Assembly (NCBI GenBank): GCA_963840035.1
Contig: CAWIXE010000001.1
Location: forward strand, 512,001-576,000
DNA from: a candidate division FCPU426 bacterium
Lineage (GTDB): Bacteria > Oederibacteriota > PGYV01 > Palsa-1178
Length of the DNA: 64,000 bases
Direction of reading: 5' to 3'
Below the pieces are notes generated by a model that made no database searches, was not told the origin of the DNA, and was given only the letters and a program-made list of their open reading frames with translations. The translations under genes and the position numbers were made by a program. Position 1 is the first letter of the stretch, and every line of letters starts with the position of its first letter. Below, piece after piece: positions 39,116 to 49,224 of this stretch.

Positions 39116-39918
39116 TGGATGAGTTAACCGCGTTTAATAATATTAAGGCGCTGATATTGAAGGAAAAATTCCTAGATGTCACGCAGTACAAGGAAAATTA
39201 CCTGAAACGAAGGCTGGCGGTGCGGATGAGGGCGCTTAACGCCCACACGTACACCGACTACCTCGCGGTGATGGAAAAAAACAAGAACGAACTGAACATA
39301 CTTTTGGATAAGCTGACGATAAACGTAACGCAGTTCTTCAGGGACCCAGAAGTCTTCGTGGAACTTGAGAATGTCATACTGCCGGAACTTTTAGCCGGCG
39401 GAAAGACCGACTTAAGGGTGTGGAGCGCCGGATGTTCCTCAGGCGAGGAGCCTTACTCGATTGCCATTTCCATAGAGGAGACAGCGGAGCGGCTCGGTTT
39501 GAAAAACCTGAGATATGAGATTTATGCCACGGACTTAGACGATGAAATACTGCGCAGGGCCCTTGAAGGCAAGTACGAAGGCAGGACCCTGGACAACATA
39601 GCGGAGTCACGTAAGAGAAAATATTTTGATTTTGACGGAAAAAAATATTCCGTTACGCAGAGGATACGCAAAAACATCCTGTTTTTTAAGCATAACCTGA
39701 TGGAACCGTACAAAAAGGATTTTTTTAACCTGGTTTTCTGCAGGAATGTCATCATTTATTTTACGAGGGAACTGCAAAAAACGGTGTTACAGCACTATTA
39801 TGATTCCATGAAGGAGGGCGCGGTACTGTACCTGGGAAAGACCGAGACCATGCTCATGGAACACAGGAATAATTTTGAATGTATAAATATTAAGGAAAGG
39901 ATATTCAGGAAAATATAA
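39115..39918 (+). CDS. cheR: Chemoreceptor methyltransferase CheR
   Basis: TINVTQFFRD, RVWSAGCSSGEEPYS, CRNVIIYF. Confidence 0.97.
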   Translation: MDELTAFNNIKALILKEKFLDVTQYKENYLKRRLAVRMRALNAHTYTDYLAVMEKNKNELNILLDKLTINVTQFFRDPEVFVELENVILPELLAGGKTDLRVWSAGCSSGEEPYSIAISIEETAERLGLKNLRYEIYATDLDDEILRRALEGKYEGRTLDNIAESRKRKYFDFDGKKYSVTQRIRKNILFFKHNLMEPYKKDFFNLVFCRNVIIYFTRELQKTVLQHYYDSMKEGAVLYLGKTETMLMEHRNNFECINIKERIFRKI

Positions 39919-41084
39919 TGGACACAGTACAGGACCACATAAATCTCGGGCTGGCCTTTGCCATGAGCAAGCGCTATGACCAGGCCATAAAAGAATTTGA
40001 AAAGGCCCTCAGCATAAACGCTGACGACGCAGAGGTACTAAAGCACCTGGCTAACGCCTACGTTTATAAAGGCGAATATGACCAGGCCATAAACTCATAT
40101 GAAAAAGCCCTCAAGATCAATCCCATGAACGCCGAGGTAATAATGAAACTCGGAAAATTATACGCGAACATGGCCAATTTTGACAAGGCTCTGGTGCAGT
40201 ATAAAAAAGGGCTTGAGATCAACTCTACAGACTCAGCCTTAAGGCACGCGCTGGCAGACCTGTACGTGAAGATGGGAAAAAACGCCGAGGCCGAGGCCGA
40301 GTACAGGAAGATGATAGAAAAGGAACCGGCTAATATGGAGCTTATTTTCAAGCTCGGCTATATATTTGAATCCGAGAAAAAATACGCCGAAGCAGCGGTG
40401 GAATACGAGAAAGTCGTAAAGGCAAACCCTAAAAGCCCCGGCATTAATTCCATGCTTGGAAATGTTTACAGGGAATTAAAGCAGTTTGACAAGGCCATAG
40501 AGCATTATGACAAGGCCGTTAAGATAAATCCCAGGGATACCGCTGTGGCTTTTAACCTGGGGGTCCTGTATTTTGAAAGCGGGCAGAACGAAAAGGCCAT
40601 AACGCAGCTGGAGATAGCCAAGAAAAACAAGTTTAAAAATTCGGAAATATTCATAATCCTTGGGGAAGTGTACTCCAGGCTCGGCAGAAAAAAAGAAGCG
40701 CTTGAGGAATATAAAAAGGTAGCCGAGCTCGGGAGCGCGGACGCGGAAACGCATAAAGCCCTCGGGTTCATATACATGGAAGAGGACCAGCTCGACGACG
40801 CCCTCGCCGAATACAAAAAGGCCATGGAAACAAAATCAGACGACCCCGCGATATATGAGAATATGGGGCAGATATACTATAAAAAAATAATGTATAAGGA
40901 AGCGAAGGAATATTTCTCAAAGGCCATAGAGGCCGGCAGGGAAAGCGCGGACATGTTCTACAAGCTGGGGAACATATATATGAAGGAATCCAACCCGGAA
41001 AAGGCCAAGGAAAACTGGAACAAGTCGCTTAAGATATACCCGGAGAACGAGATAATAAAAAAGAATCTGAAACTGCTCGGCTGA
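39918..41084 (+). CDS. TPR-repeat protein
   Basis: Regular 34-aa LG...A...Y.KA..INP units along the whole length. Confidence 0.93.
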   Translation: MDTVQDHINLGLAFAMSKRYDQAIKEFEKALSINADDAEVLKHLANAYVYKGEYDQAINSYEKALKINPMNAEVIMKLGKLYANMANFDKALVQYKKGLEINSTDSALRHALADLYVKMGKNAEAEAEYRKMIEKEPANMELIFKLGYIFESEKKYAEAAVEYEKVVKANPKSPGINSMLGNVYRELKQFDKAIEHYDKAVKINPRDTAVAFNLGVLYFESGQNEKAITQLEIAKKNKFKNSEIFIILGEVYSRLGRKKEALEEYKKVAELGSADAETHKALGFIYMEEDQLDDALAEYKKAMETKSDDPAIYENMGQIYYKKIMYKEAKEYFSKAIEAGRESADMFYKLGNIYMKESNPEKAKENWNKSLKIYPENEIIKKNLKLLG

Positions 41085-41120
41085 GTTTAAAGTCAGGTTT
41101 TAAATTGCAGGGGGAAATGA

Positions 41121-41720
41121 ATGGAACTTTATAAAAAACAGGACAAGAGTTTGGGCGAACTCCTAATACAGGCGGGATTTATAACAAACGAGCAGCTGAA
41201 AGAATGCCTGCTGGAACAGCACTCGACAGGCGAGCCCCTGGGGAAAATCCTCATATCAAAGCATTATGTCAGGGAAGAGAACATCATAAACGTCTTAAAG
41301 GGTATGCTCGTGGTGGTGGTCGAGGTTAATAATGAAAAATTCGGAATAGAGATCATATACGCCAGGGAAATTATAAAATACAAAAAAATATCCGCCCTTC
41401 CGAACCTGCCGGACTACATCCTGGGCATGATGTCGCTTCGGGAGGATGTCATCCCGGTAGTCAGCCTTAATAAGAAAATTTTCAACAGGGAAGACGCCAT
41501 AACAGAAAACTCAAAGATAATAATTATAGACGGCAAAAAGGACCTGATGGGTGTTTTAGTGGATGAAGTCATAAACGTAAAGAATTACCAGTCGTCGGAT
41601 TTTGCCAATATCACAAAATACACCTTTACCATAGACAGAAAATACATCGCCGGGCTGATAAAGGACGGCGACGGGGTAATAACCCTAATAAAGCCGGAAA
41701 TCCTTTTTGAAGGCAGGTAA
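41121..41720 (+). CDS. cheW: CheW with N-terminal MshEN-like domain
   Basis: SLGELLIQAGFITNEQLKECLLEQ-HSTGE-PLGKIL, then ALPNLPDYILGMMSLREDVIPVVSL and GVLVDEV. Confidence 0.85.
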   Translation: MELYKKQDKSLGELLIQAGFITNEQLKECLLEQHSTGEPLGKILISKHYVREENIINVLKGMLVVVVEVNNEKFGIEIIYAREIIKYKKISALPNLPDYILGMMSLREDVIPVVSLNKKIFNREDAITENSKIIIIDGKKDLMGVLVDEVINVKNYQSSDFANITKYTFTIDRKYIAGLIKDGDGVITLIKPEILFEGR

Positions 41721-41722
41721 GC

Positions 41723-43927
41723 ATGGAAAAACCGGACAAAACGCCTTCAAAGGAATCAAAGTCTGAAAATGACGCCATAGAGCTTAATAATGTGGGCGTA
41801 TATTATTATTCCAAGGGAATGTATCAGGAAGCCATCGAGCAGTTCAAAAAAGCGCTGACTATAAACCCGTCATACGGACAGGCGCAGGGAAATTTAAAAG
41901 CAGTCAATAAGCAGACCGGCATTTACGACAGGGCAATATCCGCGTACAGGAAGGCGGTACAGCTTTATCCTTCGGACCCTGAGGCGAACTTCAACCTTGG
42001 AAAGTCGCTGTGCTACACGGGCGATTATGAAAGCGCGGTAAAGTCGTTAAAGAGGGCGCTCGAGCTCAACCCCGAGCACTTAATGGCGCAGAACCTTCTG
42101 GGAGTAATTTACAAGAATATGGGGGATTACGACCTGGCTGAAAAAGTTTTCAGGGAAGCCATGAAAAAATTCCCGAATTACGCGGAGTTAAGGAACAACC
42201 TTGGCGAGACGCTTTATAAAAAAGGGGCCTATGACGAGGCGGAAGAACAGCTGAAAAAGGCCATCCAGCTTAACAAGGAATACGCGCTGGCATACTATAA
42301 CATAAGTTTTGTTTACGGCGAAACAGGCAAGGACGAGGACGCGGGCATATGCTATAACCGCGCGGTGGAACTTAACCCCTCATTCATCAAATCAAACAAA
42401 TCCCTGGTCATCGACTATTACGAGTCAAACGCCGCCTCAAACTTAAAACGCGGCGAGGAAGTCGAAAAGATGGACGACGGAAAAAGGAAGGAAGAAGCCT
42501 ACTTCAACCTCGCGAAGGTGTATAAGCTCAAAGGCTACACTGATGACGCCATCACCCAGATAAAATCGGCCATTACTTTCAATTCCAAACAGCCCCAGTA
42601 CTATAACTTTTTCGGAGAGCTGCTCATAAAAAAAGGAATACTCAAGGAAGCCATTGAAATTTTCAAGCAGACCATAAAGTTAAAACCCGACATGGTGGAG
42701 GCAAAAGTAAATATTGCCGTAGCTTACAGGGAAATGAAGGAATTTGAAAAGGCCAGGGCGGTTCTTGACGCCATACAGGAGGAAAACCCGGAGTATACCA
42801 GGGTGGAACTCGAGCGCGGAATAATCCTTTATAAGGAAGAGCGCATAGAGGAAGCCATCACCCTTCTTTTAAAGCACCTTGAGACCGAGCCTTATGATGA
42901 CGAGGCAAGGTATTTCCTGGGGGTCTCATACTACAAACTGAAAAAATATGACGAGGCCGTGACCGAACTGCGCAAAGCCCTCGAGCTGCTCCCGAATTAC
43001 ATAAAGAAACCGGACATAAACCTCTACCTCGGCCTGGTCTTAACCGACAAGGGCAGGAATGAGGAGGCCATAATAGAGTACCAGAAGGCCATAGCTGTCC
43101 AGCCAAATAACGCGGTCGCGCATAATTCAATGGGCGTGGCCTTTAAAAACATGGGGAATGTGGACCGCGCCATAGAGGAATATCAAAAGGCTGTGGAAAT
43201 AGATAAGGAGTATTACAAGGCATATAACAACCTCGGGGTAGCATATTATAAGAAGAACTTTTTTAAGGAAGCCCAGAAATACTTCGAGCAGGCCCTGAAA
43301 ATCAACCCGGAGTATTCTGTGGCAAAAAAGAACCTGGATGCCGCGCAGAAAAAGGACGTGGTTTTCAAGGAAACCATTGAAAAATTAAGGGAAAAACAGG
43401 CTGAGGCGCCGGTGGACAGCATAGTCGCCTACGATCTTGGCAACGCGTACAGAAATACTGGACAATTGCAGGAGGCTATTGTAGAATATAAGAAAGTGCT
43501 TGCGGCAAGCCCCGGAAATACCGAGGCATTAAACAGCGTAGGGTCTGTGTATTTTGACACAGGCGACTATGATAATGCCGTAAAAGCCTTCATAACCGTC
43601 GTATCTCAGGACCCGAAAAACGCCAAAGGGCATCTTAACCTGGCCAACGCCTATTTTAAAAAGGAATGGTGGGACGAAGCCGACATCGAGTACCATAAAG
43701 CCCTTGAAATGAACGCTGACTTCGCGGAAGTGTATTTTAAGCTCGGCGAGGTATACAGGTGGAAGGGCTGGTGGGACGAGGCCATTGATATGTGGAAAAA
43801 ATACGTGGAAAAAGCGCCCGACACGGAGATGGCAAGGCTGGCGCAGGAAAATTTAAGGATGGTGGAAGTGTGGAAAAAAGAACTCATGCTTTCTCCTTCT
43901 TCAAGCAGGAAAAAGCTCATAAAATAA
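41723..43927 (+). CDS. Large TPR-repeat protein
   Basis: Many TPR units (NNLG..YY.KG, AHNSMG, AYNNLG). Confidence 0.93.
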   Translation: MEKPDKTPSKESKSENDAIELNNVGVYYYSKGMYQEAIEQFKKALTINPSYGQAQGNLKAVNKQTGIYDRAISAYRKAVQLYPSDPEANFNLGKSLCYTGDYESAVKSLKRALELNPEHLMAQNLLGVIYKNMGDYDLAEKVFREAMKKFPNYAELRNNLGETLYKKGAYDEAEEQLKKAIQLNKEYALAYYNISFVYGETGKDEDAGICYNRAVELNPSFIKSNKSLVIDYYESNAASNLKRGEEVEKMDDGKRKEEAYFNLAKVYKLKGYTDDAITQIKSAITFNSKQPQYYNFFGELLIKKGILKEAIEIFKQTIKLKPDMVEAKVNIAVAYREMKEFEKARAVLDAIQEENPEYTRVELERGIILYKEERIEEAITLLLKHLETEPYDDEARYFLGVSYYKLKKYDEAVTELRKALELLPNYIKKPDINLYLGLVLTDKGRNEEAIIEYQKAIAVQPNNAVAHNSMGVAFKNMGNVDRAIEEYQKAVEIDKEYYKAYNNLGVAYYKKNFFKEAQKYFEQALKINPEYSVAKKNLDAAQKKDVVFKETIEKLREKQAEAPVDSIVAYDLGNAYRNTGQLQEAIVEYKKVLAASPGNTEALNSVGSVYFDTGDYDNAVKAFITVVSQDPKNAKGHLNLANAYFKKEWWDEADIEYHKALEMNADFAEVYFKLGEVYRWKGWWDEAIDMWKKYVEKAPDTEMARLAQENLRMVEVWKKELMLSPSSSRKKLIK

Positions 43928-43946
43928 CAGGGGACCGGCAAATAAA

Positions 43947-44285
43947 ATGAAAAAAGTAACAGTCATAGTTCAGCCGGTAAAATTTGAAGCCATAAAAAAA
44001 GAACTCGTGGAAATGGGAGTCAACGGGATCACCATATCGGACTGCGAAGGCTATGGCTTTCAGAAAAGGAAAATTGACGTGCTTGAGGGCAAGGATGTAT
44101 CGGTGGAGTTCCTTCCCAAGGTAAAAATAGAAATAGTGCTGAAAGACGACGAAGTGGAAAAAATTATTGAAAAAATAATAGAAATAACCAGAACCGGAAG
44201 GATAGGCGACGGAAAGATATTCATAACCGATGTCGCGGAGGTCATAAGGATAAGGACCGGCGAGCGCGGGGAATACGCGGTTTAG
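43947..44285 (+). CDS. glnB: P-II family signal transduction protein with divergent T-loop
   Basis: 112 aa; FLPKVKIEIV, TGRIGDGKIF, IRIRTGE. Confidence 0.9.
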   Translation: MKKVTVIVQPVKFEAIKKELVEMGVNGITISDCEGYGFQKRKIDVLEGKDVSVEFLPKVKIEIVLKDDEVEKIIEKIIEITRTGRIGDGKIFITDVAEVIRIRTGERGEYAV

Positions 44286-44292
44286 AAAAAAG

Positions 44293-44385
44293 AAGTCTCA
44301 GTAGACTCAGCAGTCTCAGTGATCTCAATAGATTTAGAACTGACTTTTGAGACCATTGAGACTACTGAGATTGTTGAGACTAAAT
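44293..44385. repeat. Inverted pair of 9-mer arrays
   Basis: agtctcagt agactcagc agtctcagt gatctcaat ... tgagaccat tgagactac tgagattgt tgagact. Confidence 0.75.
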
Positions 44386-44412
44386 AAATAAAAAATTAAA
44401 AGGAGAACTACA

Positions 44413-44778
44413 ATGGCAAAAAGGATCTTAATAGCTGACGACGCGGCGTTTATGAGGATGATGCTTAAAAACATCCTGACAGCCGGAGGATATGACGTGG
44501 TGGGGGAGGCCGGAAACGGCCGCGAAGCCATAGCGAAATATAAAGAACTTAAGCCGGACATGCTGATTTCCGACATGGTTATGCCGGAGATGGGCGGCAT
44601 TGACGTCTTAAAAAATGTGATAGCTGAATTCCCGGCCGCGAATGTTTTAATATGCAGCGCCATAGGCCAGCAGGCGCTGGTCATAGAGGCTATACAGGCG
44701 GGAGCCAAGGATTACATCGTAAAACCTTTTGAACAGTCAAACGTGCTTGAGACCGTAGCAAAAATACTGGGAGCATAA
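44413..44778 (+). CDS. cheY: CheY response regulator
   Basis: LIADDAAFMR, SDMVMPEMGG, SAIGQQ, IVKPF. Confidence 0.95.
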   Translation: MAKRILIADDAAFMRMMLKNILTAGGYDVVGEAGNGREAIAKYKELKPDMLISDMVMPEMGGIDVLKNVIAEFPAANVLICSAIGQQALVIEAIQAGAKDYIVKPFEQSNVLETVAKILGA

Positions 44779-44779
44779 G

Positions 44780-45403
44780 ATGGCGGAAAATAAATTAAGC
44801 GAATTCCAGCGGGACGCCCTTAAAGAACTTGGCAATATAGGCGCGGGAAGCGCGGCCACGGCGTTATCGCAGCTGCTTGGAAAAGACATTAACATAGACG
44901 TACCTTCCATTACCATGGTCCCCATAGAAAAGATGGCTGAGATGGCTGCGCAGGATACAAAGATAGTGGCGGCCGTGTACATGAGGATATACGGCGAAAT
45001 ACAGGCAAGGGCGCTGCTTTTATTCCCGCAGGACAAGGTATTTTTCATGCTTGATTTGCTGATGAAAAGAAAACTCGGGCAGACCACGGAATTCGGCGAG
45101 ACCGAACAGTCAGCCCTTAAAGAAATAGGGAACATCCTTATATCCGCGTACTTAAACGCCATAGCCAAATTCATAGGGTTAAATTCCGTGCCGTCGGTGC
45201 CGGCGCTTGCCGTGGACATGACAGACGCGATATTTGAGACCATATCCGCCGAACTTGCGGAAGTGGGCCCGGAAGCCATGCTCATAGAAAATGAGATGAT
45301 GGAATCAGTGACCAACTTAAAGACAAAGTTATTCATAATACCTGATAAGGCGGCAATGGCAAAGATCCTTGAGGCCCTGAATAATACAATACAGGGCGCC
45401 TGA
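44780..45403 (+). CDS. cheC: CheC phosphatase
   Basis: DALKELGNIGAGSAATALSQL and SALKEIGNIL. Confidence 0.95.
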   Translation: MAENKLSEFQRDALKELGNIGAGSAATALSQLLGKDINIDVPSITMVPIEKMAEMAAQDTKIVAAVYMRIYGEIQARALLLFPQDKVFFMLDLLMKRKLGQTTEFGETEQSALKEIGNILISAYLNAIAKFIGLNSVPSVPALAVDMTDAIFETISAELAEVGPEAMLIENEMMESVTNLKTKLFIIPDKAAMAKILEALNNTIQGA

Positions 45404-45408
45404 GATAA

Positions 45409-45888
45409 ATGGCCGGCGAGATCATAAAAGTAAACATGGGTGAGCTTAAAATCGGCCGGCAGGAGGACATACTTGCCGCGTACGGAGTGGGCTCATGCAT
45501 CATCGTGGCCTGCTATCAGAGGAACAACATGACGGCCGGCATGCTGCACGGGATTTTGCCCGAGAAACCCGGCACAAAGGGAACTAACGACAACAAGTAC
45601 TTAAACACCGGCATAGAGAACCTGGTAAAGGCCATGATGAAAGAGGGACTGTCGATAAACGGCCTTGAAGCCAAGATTTTCGGCGGGGCAAAGATGTTTG
45701 ACATGACCAGCGATACGGCGGCCATAGGCGAGCGCAATATAAAGATGGCAAAGATGATGCTCGATAAAAAGGGCATTAAGATAGCGGCGGAAGACACGGG
45801 CAGCAATTACGGCAGGACCATAGAATTCAGGGTAAATGACAAGTCGGCAACTATAAGGAGTTTTCAGAAAGGCACCATAATAATTTAA
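45409..45888 (+). CDS. cheD: Chemoreceptor glutamine deamidase CheD
   Basis: [37 protein letters not shown]. Confidence 0.95.
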   Translation: MAGEIIKVNMGELKIGRQEDILAAYGVGSCIIVACYQRNNMTAGMLHGILPEKPGTKGTNDNKYLNTGIENLVKAMMKEGLSINGLEAKIFGGAKMFDMTSDTAAIGERNIKMAKMMLDKKGIKIAAEDTGSNYGRTIEFRVNDKSATIRSFQKGTIII

Positions 45889-45901
45889 ACGGCGGTTAAC
45901 A

Positions 45902-47164
45902 ATGGCGGGAAAACACGACGACTGGTTGAGAAAGATAGTAATGATAAACGCAGGGGCCGGAATCGGGTCGGCCCTTATATTCGGATTATTATGCGCGCTG
46001 CTGCATATAAAAACGGACAGTGTGATATTTTTTGTCCTGTTACTTATACTTGCCGGGGTTTTAATGGCCGTTAATTCCATAGCGGGGATGAAGATAGGCG
46101 CTGATAAATTTGACAAGCTCGCGGTAAAATTTGAAAAAATAGCGTCAGGAGACCTCACGGATGAAGTCAAAATAAAGGGCGGTTTTGTAAAGTCCATAAC
46201 AATGAGCGTCAATAAAATGATAGACGACCTCCGGAACATGCTCGGAAAACTCGACGATTCCACGGGCGTCATTATGAACCTGGCCGAGAATTTATCGGCT
46301 TCCACGCAGGAGATAAACGCCTCCGCGGAGGAAATATCCTCCACGGTCCAGCAGATAGCGCGCGGCGTGGAGCAGCAGGCGGAGAGGACAGTGGAGACTT
46401 CCCGCATCATGGAAAACATGTCGAACTCCATACAGGAAGTGGCGCAGAAGTCAGAAGAAGTGCTCGGCGTGGCAAAATCAGCCAAGGACGCCTCGGAGCA
46501 CGGCATACATTCCGTGGACGAGACCGTAAAAAAGATGGAAGAGATAGTCATAGTGACAAAGAAAGCCAAGGAATCCATAGAGGAACTGAAAGTTTATTCC
46601 GAAAAAATCGAGGAAGTCGTCAACATAATAACTGATATAGCGGACCAGACCAACCTTCTGGCTTTAAACGCCGCCATTGAGGCTGCGCGCGCCGGCGAGG
46701 CGGGTAGGGGATTTGCGGTTGTCGCCGACGAAGTAAGGAAGCTCGCGGAAGGCTCGGCAGGAGCCGCGAAGGAAATCACGCGCCTAGTGGAGGACATACA
46801 CGAGAAGACTGAGAATGTCGTAAAGGACATAGTCGTCGGCGTGAAGGAAACTGAAGAGGGAAAACAGGTTGCCAAGCAGAGCGGGGACGCCCTGCGCAAG
46901 ATAGACGACATAGTAAGCAGGGTTGTATCGCTTTCAAACGAGATTACAAGCCTCTCAAAAGCGCAGGCAGAGGACACGGACAGGGTGGTAAAAGCAGTCG
47001 AGGAAATAGCGGCCGTAGCCGAGGAAACAGCTGCAGGAACGCAGCAGGCATCGGCCTCCACGCAGCAGCAGACGGCATCCATGGAAGAAATCGCGGCGCA
47101 GGCGCAGGAGCTGGCCCAGACCGCGGAAGTATTAAAAGGCATGATGTCAAAGTTCAGGAGATAA
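45902..47164 (+). CDS. Methyl-accepting chemotaxis protein lacking a periplasmic sensor domain
   Basis: Two adjacent TMs, [42 protein letters not shown]. Confidence 0.96.
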   Translation: MAGKHDDWLRKIVMINAGAGIGSALIFGLLCALLHIKTDSVIFFVLLLILAGVLMAVNSIAGMKIGADKFDKLAVKFEKIASGDLTDEVKIKGGFVKSITMSVNKMIDDLRNMLGKLDDSTGVIMNLAENLSASTQEINASAEEISSTVQQIARGVEQQAERTVETSRIMENMSNSIQEVAQKSEEVLGVAKSAKDASEHGIHSVDETVKKMEEIVIVTKKAKESIEELKVYSEKIEEVVNIITDIADQTNLLALNAAIEAARAGEAGRGFAVVADEVRKLAEGSAGAAKEITRLVEDIHEKTENVVKDIVVGVKETEEGKQVAKQSGDALRKIDDIVSRVVSLSNEITSLSKAQAEDTDRVVKAVEEIAAVAEETAAGTQQASASTQQQTASMEEIAAQAQELAQTAEVLKGMMSKFRR

Positions 47165-47167
47165 AAA

Positions 47168-47662
47168 TTGGAAAATAAGATTGTAGGGTTTAAGCTTAGG
47201 GATGATGAATTCGCCTTCGATATCATGAAGGTTGTGGAAATCATCAGGCTTAAAAACCAGATAACCGAGGTGCCCACGGCGCCAAAGTTCATAGAAGGGG
47301 TCATAAACTTAAGGGGCAAGATCATCCCCATCATAGACCTGCGCAAGCGTTTTAATATGGAGGATAAGGAAGCCACCAAGCAGGCCAGGATAATAATCAC
47401 GGAATTCCTGAAAAACCAGCTCGTCGGGGTGGTGGTGGACGAAGTTACCAAAGTCTTAAACGTCAGGCCTGAGGAAGCGCTTCCGGCGCCGCCGTCTGTT
47501 ACAGGCGTGGGAGGAAGGTACATACAGTCGCTGGTTAAGACAGGCGAAAAAATAATAGTCCTGCTCGACATAGAAAAAATCTTCACCGAACAGGAGCAGG
47601 AAGACATAAAGGAATTGCTACAATCCGAAGGAGGCAAAATTGAAGAAAGTTCTAATCGTTGA
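47168..47662 (+). CDS. cheW: CheW
   Basis: VPTAPKFIEGVINLRGKIIPIIDLR, GVVVDEV. Confidence 0.96.
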   Translation: MENKIVGFKLRDDEFAFDIMKVVEIIRLKNQITEVPTAPKFIEGVINLRGKIIPIIDLRKRFNMEDKEATKQARIIITEFLKNQLVGVVVDEVTKVLNVRPEEALPAPPSVTGVGGRYIQSLVKTGEKIIVLLDIEKIFTEQEQEDIKELLQSEGGKIEESSNR

Positions 47663-48002
47663 TGATACCAAATTCATGAGGAACATCCTGGCCTCCATAC
47701 TTAAGAAAAAAGACCTGGAGGTCGTGGGAGAAGCCGTGAACGGCAGGGAAGCCATAGAGAAGTATAAGGAATTAAGGCCGGACCTTGTCACTATGGACAT
47801 AATAATGCCCGAGATTGACGGCATACAGGCAGTGAAGGAAATAATGAAGATAGACCCGGCGGCAAAGATACTTATGTGCAGCGCCATGGGACAGCAGGCT
47901 CTGGTAATAGAAGCCATACAGGCGGGCGCCAAGGATTTTGTGATCAAACCTTTCCAGCCGACAAGGGTTTTGGAAGCAGTCGACAGAACGTTCCAGGAGT
48001 AA
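47640..48002 (+). CDS. cheY: CheY response regulator
   Basis: LIVDDTKFMR, TMDIIMPEIDG, SAMGQQ, KPF; TTG start after GGAGG. Confidence 0.95.
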   Translation: MKKVLIVDDTKFMRNILASILKKKDLEVVGEAVNGREAIEKYKELRPDLVTMDIIMPEIDGIQAVKEIMKIDPAAKILMCSAMGQQALVIEAIQAGAKDFVIKPFQPTRVLEAVDRTFQE

Positions 48003-48008
48003 ACCATA

Positions 48009-49073
48009 ATGGGAAAGATCAGGGTCCTTGTAGTGGATGACTCGGCCTTCATGAGGAAAATAATTCCGGACATGTTAAATGAAGACAGCTCCATAGAGGT
48101 CATAGCCACGGCAAAAGACGGCAAGGACGCTTTTAAAAAGGTTATGGAATTAAAGCCGGATGTTGTCACCCTTGACGTTGAAATGCCCGGCATGGACGGG
48201 TTACAGACGCTCGGATACATCATGAGCGAACAGCCCACCCCGGTAATCATGCTCTCCGCGTACACCCCCCAGGGAGCCGAGACCACTATCAAATCATTGC
48301 AGTACGGCGCCGTGGATTTTGTGTGCAAGCCTTCCGGAGAGATATCACTCGACATAAAAAAAGTGCAGGCCGAGCTTGTGGAAAAAATAAAGGCCGCGAA
48401 AAACATAGACACATCCACCGTTAAATTCCTCCTTCCTGACAACTCGGAGCCGGCAAAAAAAGAAAAAATAACAGCCCGCAAGAATGAACTGCTCGTCATC
48501 ATAGCCGCCTCAACCGGCGGGCCCAGGGCCCTGACAGAAGTGGTCCCAAACATACCGCGCGACCTTCCGGCGGCATTTCTCATCATACAGCACATGTCCG
48601 AAGGCTTTACAAAGACGCTGGCGGAGCGCTTAAACTCGCTTTCCATGATACAGATAAAGGAAGCCGAGCACGGCGAAGTGATCAAAGCCGGAAACGCCTA
48701 CCTGGCCCCGGGCGATTATCACATGGAAATTTCCAAAAGCGGCGACGAATACTGCATAGACTTAAACCAGAAACCATCCAGGCTCGGAGTGAGGCCATGC
48801 GCTGACATGACTTTTTTCTCGGCGGCTAAAGTTTTTGGCGGAAAAATAATCGGGGTTGTTTTAACGGGAATGGGCAAGGACGGCACTGCCGGAGCTGAAA
48901 TGATAAGGCAGAAAAACGCGAGAATCATAGCGCAGGATAAGGAAACAAGCGTCATATACGGCATGCCCAAGTCAGTGGCTGAAAAAGGGTATGTGGACAG
49001 GGTGCTGCCGATTACATCGATTGCCGCGGCCATTACTGACGAGATAAAAAGGGCATTAGAGGAAGTCAAATAA
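48009..49073 (+). CDS. cheB: CheB methylesterase (REC plus catalytic domain)
   Basis: VVDDSAFMR, ASTGGP, IQHM, LTGMGKDG. Confidence 0.97.
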   Translation: MGKIRVLVVDDSAFMRKIIPDMLNEDSSIEVIATAKDGKDAFKKVMELKPDVVTLDVEMPGMDGLQTLGYIMSEQPTPVIMLSAYTPQGAETTIKSLQYGAVDFVCKPSGEISLDIKKVQAELVEKIKAAKNIDTSTVKFLLPDNSEPAKKEKITARKNELLVIIAASTGGPRALTEVVPNIPRDLPAAFLIIQHMSEGFTKTLAERLNSLSMIQIKEAEHGEVIKAGNAYLAPGDYHMEISKSGDEYCIDLNQKPSRLGVRPCADMTFFSAAKVFGGKIIGVVLTGMGKDGTAGAEMIRQKNARIIAQDKETSVIYGMPKSVAEKGYVDRVLPITSIAAAITDEIKRALEEVK

Positions 49074-49224
49074 TATCGTAGAGACGCCACCGGTGGGCGT
49101 CTCAGGGCTGGAGCTAGTCGGGAACGGGTCCCGTCTCTACGAAGACATTAAGAAGGATAGAAACGCCGGTAGCCGCAGCCTTTAGGCTGCGAAACGATGT
49201 GTGAAGTATGGAGGAAGTAAATAA

